Positions 57,102-64,000 of a DNA stretch of 64,000 nucleotides are shown piece by piece. A model generated the notes under the pieces. That model was not told the origin of the DNA, made no database searches, and saw only the letters and a list, made by a program, of their open reading frames with translations. This stretch comes from Melittangium boletus DSM 14713. GTDB taxonomy: Bacteria; Myxococcota; Myxococcia; Myxococcales; Myxococcaceae. Each line of letters starts with the position of its first letter. Position 1 is the stretch's first letter. The position numbers were made by a program, and so were the translations under genes. The stretch lies in the NCBI RefSeq assembly GCF_002305855.1, contig NZ_CP022163.1:6875765-6939764 (forward strand), read 5' to 3'.

Positions 57102-58656
57102 TCGTCACCGGCAGTTGCTCGATGCCTTGTTTCCCCTGGTCGCCGACCTGACCCGCGCGCTCCCAGAGCAGGAGCGCTACGCACGGCTGCTACAGGCCCT
57201 CCAGCAACTGCTGCCGGCCGACGCGATCGCCCTGCTGCGCCTGGAGGGCGACGCGCTGGTGCCGCAGGCCACGCTCGGCCTGAGCGCCGACACGCTGGGC
57301 CGGCGTTTCGTGGTGGAGGCCCATCCGCGCCTGCGGGTGCTGCTGGCCGCACCGGGAGCGATGCGCTTTCCCCCCGACAGCCCCTTGCCCGATCCCTACG
57401 ATGGGCTGGTCGACCACCCCGCGCCGCACCTGGATGTGCACGACTGCATGGGCTGTGCGCTCCGCCTGGAGCGGACGACCTGGGGCCTGCTGACCGTGGA
57501 CGCGCTGGACGCCGGGCGGTTCGCCGCCGAGCACCTGGAGGTGTTGGAGGCGTTCGCACAACTGGCCGCCGCCACCGTGACCGCGGCCGCGCGGATCGAG
57601 GCGCTGACGCGGTCGGTGCAGCAGGAGCGGACCCGTGCCGACGCCTTGCTGGCCAGCGGCGTACCGCGCACCCTGCTCGGGCAGAGCGGGGTGATGCAGG
57701 CCCTGCGCGAGGAGATCGCGCTGGTGGCGGCAAGCGACTTGACCGTGCTGATCACCGGCGAGACCGGCGTCGGCAAGGAGTTGGTGGCCCAGAGCGTGCA
57801 CGCGGCCTCACCCCGGGCCGCGCGGCCGCTGGTCACGGTCAACTGCGCCGCGCTGCCGGAGACGTTGGTGGAGAGCGAGCTGTTCGGCCACGTGCGCGGG
57901 GCGTTTTCCGGCGCGGTCGGCGATCGCCGCGGCAAGTTCGAGATGGCCGACGGCGGCACGCTGTTCCTGGACGAGATCGGCGAGCTGCCGCTGGGCATTC
58001 AGGCCAAGCTGCTGCGCGTGCTGCAGGGCGGCCAGTTGCAGCGCGTGGGCTCGGACCGAGAGCACCGCGTCGATGTGCGCCTGCTCACCGCGACCAACCG
58101 GGACCTGCCCGCCGAGGTCCGCGCCGGACGCTTCCGGGCCGATCTGTACCACCGCCTCAGCGTCTACCCGCTGCGCGTGCCGCCGCTGCGCGAGCGCGAT
58201 CAGGACATCCTGCTGTTGGCCGGCGGTTTCCTGGAGGAGAACCGGCGCCGCATGGGCCTGCGCGGGTTGCGCCTGACCGCCGGGGCGCGGGCGGCACTGG
58301 GCCGCCACGCCTGGCCGGGCAATGTGCGCGAACTGGAGCACCAGCTCAGTCGCGCCACGCTCAAGGCGATGCAGCGCCAGGCCACGGCGACGGCCGCCGG
58401 CCAGCGCATCGTGTCCATCGGCGACGAGGACCTGGATCTGGCGACCCCGGGCGCGGACCTGGGCATCGCGACGGCCACGCCGGCCCCGGAAGTGACCACC
58501 GCGATCACGCTGCGCGAGGCGACCGATGCCTTCCAGCGGCAACTGCTGGACCGTACCCTGCGGCGCCACGGCGGCAAGCTCGCCGCCGCCGCGGCCGAGC
58601 TGGGAGTGGACCGGGCGAATCTGGCGCGGTTGCTGCGCCGGTTGGGGATGCGCTGA
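57094..58656 (+). CDS. norR: sigma54-dependent nitric-oxide-responsive transcriptional regulator NorR (GAF-AAA+-HTH)
   Basis: Strong similarity to E. coli NorR ([48 protein letters not shown]). Divergent from hmp. Confidence 0.9.
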   Translation: MMTRHRQLLDALFPLVADLTRALPEQERYARLLQALQQLLPADAIALLRLEGDALVPQATLGLSADTLGRRFVVEAHPRLRVLLAAPGAMRFPPDSPLPDPYDGLVDHPAPHLDVHDCMGCALRLERTTWGLLTVDALDAGRFAAEHLEVLEAFAQLAAATVTAAARIEALTRSVQQERTRADALLASGVPRTLLGQSGVMQALREEIALVAASDLTVLITGETGVGKELVAQSVHAASPRAARPLVTVNCAALPETLVESELFGHVRGAFSGAVGDRRGKFEMADGGTLFLDEIGELPLGIQAKLLRVLQGGQLQRVGSDREHRVDVRLLTATNRDLPAEVRAGRFRADLYHRLSVYPLRVPPLRERDQDILLLAGGFLEENRRRMGLRGLRLTAGARAALGRHAWPGNVRELEHQLSRATLKAMQRQATATAAGQRIVSIGDEDLDLATPGADLGIATATPAPEVTTAITLREATDAFQRQLLDRTLRRHGGKLAAAAAELGVDRANLARLLRRLGMR

Positions 58657-58668
58657 GCGCCGCCTTGC

Positions 58669-59904
58669 TCACCGCAGGGAGGCGAAGAGCTTGCCTCCGA
58701 TGGCGGCGGCCGCGGCGTCCTCCAACAGGCCCGCGACCGCGTTGGGCACACCCAGCCGACGCGTGGCGAACCTGCGCAGCGTGTAGAGGCCGAAGGCGGA
58801 CACCACCGCCGCCGTGGCTCCCACCACCGCCCGGACCGGGGACAGCCTCTGGCCCGGCGCCGCCACCGCGGCTCCCGTCAGCGCCCCCGTGAGCACTCGT
58901 CCCAGCAGGGCGGGCGGCGAGACGCGCGCGGGAATCCAGGGCGTCTTGTCCGCCACCCACTCGCCCGCGGCCAGCAGGCCGAGCACGCCCGATGTCTTGC
59001 TCCACGGCAGCCGCGCGCCCCATCCCTCGGGCGCCGTCCTGGGCGCGATGGAGAAGTGGTAGCTCAGCAGGGCCGGGGCGCTCATGCTGCGCATTCCAGC
59101 CAGCACGCCGAAGCCCACCGTGGTCAGCCAGTCCCGCCCGCGCTCGCTCTCCACCTCGCGCTCCACGTGCACCAGACGGCGGCTCAGGCCTCGCTGCGAG
59201 AAGAATTGCACCGGCAGCCGGCTCACCCGCAGGTGCGTGTGCTGCATCTCCTCGCCTCCCGGGTGTTGCACCAGGTGGCCCTGGCTCAACAGTTCGCGCA
59301 GGCGCATGTGGGCCAGGTGGTGCCACGCGCGCTGGTAGCGCCGCCCCATCAGCTCGAAGCCCACCGCGCTCCACCAGTTGGGGAACTCGCCCTCGCGCCA
59401 GGCCGCCTTGATGTGGAAGCGCAGCTCGCCCGTGCGGTGATCCTTGCTCAGGAGGAACCACTCGCGGCCCGACTCCACGTGCCCCACCAGCGTGTCGATG
59501 CTGAAGCCGTAGGCGGTGCGGTGCTCGTCCTGCTCCGAGCGCACGGCCCGGATGCGCACCGGGCACAGGTAGCGCAACACGCGCAACGGGCGCAGCTCGA
59601 GCAGCATTGGCCGGCCCAGGAGCGGCATGGCGCTGTCGAAGTGGCCTCGCACGATGCGCGGGTCGGAGAAGCCCAGCTCCGTCACCGCGTGCTTGAGCCG
59701 CGCGAAGGCGTCATCCCCCGAGGGCGCTCCCGGCCGGTCACAGCCGATGATGGCCTGCGACTCCACCAGGCTCCAGCCGTTGTCGGGCGTCATGTCCTTC
59801 TCCTGCCCCTCGAAGTTGAGGGGGAGGGTGGCCGCCTTCCCGAGCCGCGCCAGCAACTCCGGATCCGACCAGCCCGACTTCCAACGCCACTCGACGTTCG
59901 TCAT
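58669..59904 (-). CDS. DUF1990-like (UPF0548) domain protein with C-terminal transmembrane extension
   Basis: YGFSIDTLVGHVESGREWFLL resembles the UPF0548 core. C-terminal hydrophobic segments. Four-nt overlap with the upstream paralog. Confidence 0.5.
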   Translation of the reverse strand: MTNVEWRWKSGWSDPELLARLGKAATLPLNFEGQEKDMTPDNGWSLVESQAIIGCDRPGAPSGDDAFARLKHAVTELGFSDPRIVRGHFDSAMPLLGRPMLLELRPLRVLRYLCPVRIRAVRSEQDEHRTAYGFSIDTLVGHVESGREWFLLSKDHRTGELRFHIKAAWREGEFPNWWSAVGFELMGRRYQRAWHHLAHMRLRELLSQGHLVQHPGGEEMQHTHLRVSRLPVQFFSQRGLSRRLVHVEREVESERGRDWLTTVGFGVLAGMRSMSAPALLSYHFSIAPRTAPEGWGARLPWSKTSGVLGLLAAGEWVADKTPWIPARVSPPALLGRVLTGALTGAAVAAPGQRLSPVRAVVGATAAVVSAFGLYTLRRFATRRLGVPNAVAGLLEDAAAAAIGGKLFASLR

Positions 59905-60515
59905 GCCTCGTCTCCCCGCGCGAGATAGGTGGGGCCCCGGATGTCATCCGCGTCCTCGTGCGCCTTCTCCATCACGGTGGTCTCCGCGTGGATGAAGCCG
60001 ATGACGCCCTCGCCGCAGGTGAGCGCGACGTTGTTGACGAAGTCGGTCCAGGTGTTGGTCTGCATGGCCTCGCCGCCGCTGTAGAACCCCAGGTAGATGA
60101 TGCGCGAGCCGGAGCGCGCCCGGCTTCGGATGTGGAAGATGACGTCGCCCCGCTCATTCCGGTAGGCACCAAATGTGATGCGCCCCGCCTCGGGGTGGCC
60201 GGGAAGGGTGGCCAGGGTGAAGCTCTGGCGATCCCGGTGGATGATGCGTACGTGGCACTCGCCCGCGCCGCGGATGTTCACCTCCATCTCCTCGCCCACT
60301 TCCAGGGGCGTGTCCGGGCCTCCCGTGCGCTCGAAGACGACCAGCTCCTCGGGGGCGAACTCGCCGAAGCGCGTGGCCACCAGTTCCATCAGTTCCGAGG
60401 GCGAGAACGTGCAGTTCTGGATGAGCGCCCAGTAGTCACGCTGCAGCAGCGGGCCGGCTCCATCCGACGCGCACAGCAGCCCTTCGTGTATCCGCTCGCT
60501 CGCTTGCATGCCCAC
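59901..60515 (-). CDS. DUF1990-like (UPF0548) protein
   Basis: FTLATLPGHPEAGRITF matches the family's TLPGHPE.GEE.F signature from memory. Confidence 0.5.
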   Translation of the reverse strand: MGMQASERIHEGLLCASDGAGPLLQRDYWALIQNCTFSPSELMELVATRFGEFAPEELVVFERTGGPDTPLEVGEEMEVNIRGAGECHVRIIHRDRQSFTLATLPGHPEAGRITFGAYRNERGDVIFHIRSRARSGSRIIYLGFYSGGEAMQTNTWTDFVNNVALTCGEGVIGFIHAETTVMEKAHEDADDIRGPTYLARGDEA

Positions 60516-60574
60516 CCCTCCACCTCTCCGTTCGCCAGGGAGGACTTAAATATGGGACCTGACGGGAGGGCGGC

Positions 60575-60865
60575 ATGCACAAGGACATCAATCCAGCGAG
60601 TGAACGGTCGACGCGGGACTATCGGGCGGCGACGGTGATGCGGGCGGAGCACACGGAAAGTTCCCTCACCCGGTTGTTGGAGCAGCAGGCGGCCAAGGTG
60701 CCCTCGGACGTCTTCCTCTTCGCGAGCCTGTGCTCCATGGCCTTCTCCCTGGGCGCGGAGCTGCTCGGCCACGAGCGCGCCGCCCGCTTCACGGGCATGT
60801 GGGTGGGGCCGCTGCTCATCATGGGCGTCTACACGAAGATGGTGAAGACGTTCGGCGCGAGCTGA
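60575..60865 (+). CDS. small membrane protein, hypothetical
   Basis: 96 aa with two predicted TM helices and an RBS GGGAGGG. Lies 22 nt upstream of the MFS gene. Confidence 0.4.
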   Translation: MHKDINPASERSTRDYRAATVMRAEHTESSLTRLLEQQAAKVPSDVFLFASLCSMAFSLGAELLGHERAARFTGMWVGPLLIMGVYTKMVKTFGAS

Positions 60866-60887
60866 GTTCCCGGGTAGCGTCCGGGGC

Positions 60888-62138
60888 GTGACGCGACATT
60901 CGTTCCGCAAATTGGGGCTGCTCAGCGCGCTGTACTTCGTGCAGGGCCTGCCCTACGGCTTCCAGACCACCGCGCTGCCCGTGTACCTGCGCAAGCAGGG
61001 CGTGTCGCTCCTGGTCATCGGCAGCCTCGGGCTCCTGGCGCTGCCGTGGATGGGCAAGGCGCTGTGGGCGCCCCTGGTGGACCGTTATGGCTCGGAGCGC
61101 ATCGGCCGGCGCAAGTCGTGGATCCTCCCCATGCAGGCGGGGCTCGCGGCCACCTGCGCGGTGGCCGCCTTCGTCCCGGTGCCCGGCGCGCTGCCCGTGT
61201 TGCTCGGGCTCGTCTTCTTGATGAACCTCTTCGCCGCGACCCAGGACATCGCCGTGGATGGCTTCGCGGTGGACCTGCTGGAGCCGCGCGAGCTGGGGTG
61301 GGGCAACTCGGCCCAGGTGGTGGGCTACAAGCTGGGGATGCTCACGGGGGGAGGGCTGCTCCTGTGGATGAGCGATTCGCTCGGCTGGCGCGGGCTCTTC
61401 CTGGCGATGTCCGCGCTGTCCCTGGGGGTCTTCGCGGTGGCGGCCCTGGCGCGAGAGCCCCGGCGCTCGGACGCGGAGACGGGCGAGGGCGGGGAGCGGA
61501 TGTCCTGGCGCGAGGTGCGTGAGCGGCTCGTCGCCCTGTGGCGCTTGCCGGGCACGGGGTGGGTGCTGCTCTTCATCGGCACCTACAAGCTGGGCGAGAC
61601 GATGGTGGACGTGCTCTTCAAGCCCTTCCTCGTCGACGCGGGCTTCGCTCCCGAGTTGATCGGCCAGTGGGTGGGGACGTGGGGCATCATCGCGTCGTTG
61701 CTCGGCTCCGCGGCGGGCGGTTTGCTGGCCAGCCGCATGCCGTTGCTGGGGGCGCTGGCGCTCGCCTCGTGCCTGCGCGTCTTTCCGCTCGGGGGCGAGT
61801 GGTGGCTGGCGCTCCATACCCCCACGCCCACCGGCGTCATCGTCACCACCGTGGCGGAGCACTTCTTCGGCGGCGTGCTCACGACGGTGCTCTTCGCCTT
61901 CATGATGTCGCGGGTGGACCGGCGCATCGGGGCCACGCACTACACCCTGCTGGCGAGCGTGGAGGTGATTGGCAAGTCGCCCGGTGGGCCGCTGGCGGGG
62001 CTGCTCGCCTCCACGCTGGGGTGGAGCTACGCGGACGTGTTCCTCCTGGGCACGGTGCTGTCGGTGGTCTTCGTGGCGTTGCTCTGGCCGCTGCGCCGCT
62101 CGGCGCCCGCCCCGAGGGCCCTGCCGCCTCCGGCATAG
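60888..62138 (+). CDS. MFS transporter (GTG start)
   Basis: Twelve TM helices and the MFS motif GRRKSWILP (the G-x3-D/R-R/K-x-G-R-R/K variant). Confidence 0.75.
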   Translation: MTRHSFRKLGLLSALYFVQGLPYGFQTTALPVYLRKQGVSLLVIGSLGLLALPWMGKALWAPLVDRYGSERIGRRKSWILPMQAGLAATCAVAAFVPVPGALPVLLGLVFLMNLFAATQDIAVDGFAVDLLEPRELGWGNSAQVVGYKLGMLTGGGLLLWMSDSLGWRGLFLAMSALSLGVFAVAALAREPRRSDAETGEGGERMSWREVRERLVALWRLPGTGWVLLFIGTYKLGETMVDVLFKPFLVDAGFAPELIGQWVGTWGIIASLLGSAAGGLLASRMPLLGALALASCLRVFPLGGEWWLALHTPTPTGVIVTTVAEHFFGGVLTTVLFAFMMSRVDRRIGATHYTLLASVEVIGKSPGGPLAGLLASTLGWSYADVFLLGTVLSVVFVALLWPLRRSAPAPRALPPPA

Positions 62139-62195
62139 GGTGCACCCAACCGGGGCTCGCGCGTATATAGGGGCCCCGGTGGTCGAAGGAGCGTC

Positions 62196-63614
62196 ATGGA
62201 TATGAAGAAGAAGGTGGGCGTCATCGCGGCGGTGATGGGTCTGGCCGTGGCGGTCATTCCCTGGCTGCTGCCGACGGGGCTGAGCACGGGGCTGGACGCG
62301 GCGCGCTTCCTGGAATCGGGCAGCCTCGCCCTGGGCGCGGCGGTGGTGTTCGCCGGGGGTCTGCTCACCGCGATGACCCCCTGCGTCTATCCGCTCATCC
62401 CCATCACCGTGTCCGTCTTCGGCGCGCGCCAGGCCGAGGGCCGGGGCAAGGCGCTCCTGCTGACCAGCTCCTACATCGTCGGCATGGGCGGGGTGTTCAG
62501 CGCCCTGGGCGTGCTGGCGGCGAAGACGGGACAGGCCTTTGGCTCCATGCTCGGCAGTCCCGTGGTGGTGACGGGGCTCGCCGTGTTCCTCCTGGCGCTG
62601 GCCACCTCCATGTTTGGCGCCTTCGAGCTGGCCCTGCCGAGCGCCCTCCAGCAGCGGCTCAACTCGGTGGGTGGCTCTGGCGTGACGGGCGCCTTCCTCA
62701 TGGGCAGCGTGTCCGGATTCCTCGCGGCGCCGTGCACGGGGCCCGTGCTCACGGGATTGCTCGCCTTCGTGGCCAAGTCCCAGAGCACGGTGCTCGGCGC
62801 GGCGCTGCTCTTCGTCTACGCGCTGGGCATCGGCGTGCCCTTCTTCCTCATTGGTGTCTTCACCGTGCGCCTGCCCCGGAGCGGGGTGTGGATGGAGTGG
62901 GTGAAGAGCGTGCTGGGCATCGTCCTGGTGGCGCTCGCCTTCTCCTATCTCAAGGACGCGTTCCCGGCGGTGGGCGGCGCGGTGAAGGGCGTGCTCGCGC
63001 GGCTGGGCCAGGCGCCGGGGACGGCCATCGCCGCGGTGATGGCGGGCGTGGGCGTGCTCCTGGGCGCCATTCACCTGTCCTTCAAGGAGGGGCCCCGGGA
63101 CTTCGCCTTCAAGACCTTCGGGGTGACGCTCGTGGTGCTGGCGCTGGTGCTGCGCGGCGGCGCGCTGGACGAGCGGGGAGTGGGGACGTGGTGGGTGTCG
63201 CTCGGCTGGGCCGAGCCGCCCCAGGCGCCTGCTTTCGCGTGGAGCGCGGTGCTGCCCGCGCATGGCGCCACCTTCTCCCCCGAGTCCTTCGAGCAGGTGC
63301 TGGCCCGGGCCCGGAGCGAGGGCAAGCCGGTGATGATCGACTTCTTCGCGGACTGGTGCGCGGCCTGCAAGGAGCTGGACCGGGAGACGTACCCGTCCGT
63401 CGAGGTCATCTCCGAGTCCGAGCGCTTCCTCAACGTGAAGGTGGACGCCACGCGCGCGGATGACGCGCTGGACGCGCTGATGGAGCGCTTCGAGGTGGAG
63501 GGACTGCCCACGGTGGCGTTCGTGTCGTCCCGGGGCGAGATCCTCCGCGCGCCCCGGGTGACGGGCTTCCTGGAGCCGCGTCCCTTCGTCGAGGAGATGA
63601 AGAAGGTGGATTAG
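62196..63614 (+). CDS. DsbD-family thiol:disulfide interchange protein (CcdA-like TM core fused to C-terminal thioredoxin domain, no alpha domain)
   Basis: TM-domain cysteines (TPCVYPL, APCTGPV) and a C-terminal WCAAC thioredoxin motif. RBS AAGGAG. Confidence 0.8.
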   Translation: MDMKKKVGVIAAVMGLAVAVIPWLLPTGLSTGLDAARFLESGSLALGAAVVFAGGLLTAMTPCVYPLIPITVSVFGARQAEGRGKALLLTSSYIVGMGGVFSALGVLAAKTGQAFGSMLGSPVVVTGLAVFLLALATSMFGAFELALPSALQQRLNSVGGSGVTGAFLMGSVSGFLAAPCTGPVLTGLLAFVAKSQSTVLGAALLFVYALGIGVPFFLIGVFTVRLPRSGVWMEWVKSVLGIVLVALAFSYLKDAFPAVGGAVKGVLARLGQAPGTAIAAVMAGVGVLLGAIHLSFKEGPRDFAFKTFGVTLVVLALVLRGGALDERGVGTWWVSLGWAEPPQAPAFAWSAVLPAHGATFSPESFEQVLARARSEGKPVMIDFFADWCAACKELDRETYPSVEVISESERFLNVKVDATRADDALDALMERFEVEGLPTVAFVSSRGEILRAPRVTGFLEPRPFVEEMKKVD

Positions 63615-63973
63615 CTGTCGCGGTGCACGGTGTCGGGCGAGAACGCGGGCAGGCAGACGGAGATGTACTCGGCGCCTTCCTCCCCGGGGGTGCTGTAGCG
63701 CACCCACTCGCCGGGCTGGGTCACCACGGCCTGGCCCGCGTGGACGTCGAGGACGCCTTCCCGGCTCTCCACGCGTAGCACGCCCTTGAGCACCACCGTC
63801 ATCTCCTGGAACTCGGGCGTCTGGCCGGGCTCCACCCAGCCGCCGGGGCTGCGCATGTGCGCGACGCTCAGGCCGGCTTCCTTCGAGTTCACCCGGCCGA
63901 TGTACTCGTCGATGAGCTTGGGCTTGTTGCCCGCGGCTTCGACGCGGGTGGGGTGGGGGATGAGACGGGGCAT
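63611..63973 (-). CDS. cupin domain protein
   Basis: 120 aa with cupin motif-like G(x)5HxH... segments. Four-nt overlap with the DsbD gene end. Confidence 0.65.
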   Translation of the reverse strand: MPRLIPHPTRVEAAGNKPKLIDEYIGRVNSKEAGLSVAHMRSPGGWVEPGQTPEFQEMTVVLKGVLRVESREGVLDVHAGQAVVTQPGEWVRYSTPGEEGAEYISVCLPAFSPDTVHRDS

Positions 63974-64000
63974 GGATGGGCTCCTGGGGGTGAGGGTTCA

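Overview
High-GC (about 70%) chromosomal segment with typical myxobacterial features (Myxococcales-like codon usage, a TIGR02265/DUF2378 paralog, a large Ser/Thr kinase, many two-component genes). About 60 genes are tightly packed on both strands. The main units I can support directly from the sequence are below.

- Mevalonate pathway operon (10407-16751, + strand): idi type 2, HMG-CoA reductase, mevalonate kinase, diphosphomevalonate decarboxylase, phosphomevalonate kinase. Adjacent reading frames overlap at their stop/start codons throughout, and the operon ends in a DUF4846 lipoprotein gene.
- ISC Fe-S assembly operon (21910-27401, - strand): iscS-iscU-iscA-hscB-hscA-fdx, no iscR. It has a near-consensus sigma70 promoter, an internal hairpin between iscA and hscB, a ~50-aa insertion in IscS, and a Cys4 N-terminal extension on HscB. 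A tRNA-Leu(CAG) with its own promoter and a bidirectional terminator lies downstream.
- norR-hmp divergon (55770-58656): a sigma54 promoter (TGGCAT-N5-TTGCT) drives hmp, and three tandem GTCA-N3-TGAC NorR boxes sit upstream, the third overlapping the norR start codon.
- Secreted vWA protein / OmpR response regulator / histidine kinase operon (35992-39731, - strand).
- A second histidine kinase whose stop overlaps the start of an M16 peptidase gene (2149-4982, - strand).
- Alkaline-phosphatase-superfamily enzyme whose stop overlaps the start of a lysyl-PG-synthase-TM-like flippase-domain membrane protein (19162-21854), next to a divergent outer-membrane barrel gene.
- Lower-GC ~1.6 kb island (40790-42400) encoding a VOC/glyoxalase protein and a 359-aa orphan with a possible HxD...H oxygenase motif, flanked by a Coq4-family gene.
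- DUF1501 sulfatase-fold Tat protein with PSCyt/PSD-like c-type-heme-motif partner genes, under a TetR regulator (42412-46997).
- Two decayed gene remnants: a frameshifted GST C-terminal fragment (39819-40075) and an FN3-like plus sorbosone-dehydrogenase-like fragment (47075-47574).
- A kinase-AAA-TPR Ser/Thr kinase of 1320 aa (47544-51503).
- Also: flotillin, amidohydrolase, GH16 lipoprotein, LysR, GST, M20 hydrolase, GNAT, MATE, MFS, DsbD-like and cupin genes, a tandem DUF1990 pair, and a small Gly-rich ORF with a tandem 18-nt repeat that may not be coding.

No rRNA, CRISPR array, IS element or integrase was recognised. No single stand-out novel system is proven. The best candidates for follow-up are the vWA-two-component operon, the low-GC oxygenase/VOC/Coq4 island, the AlkP-flippase membrane module, and the IscS insertion.
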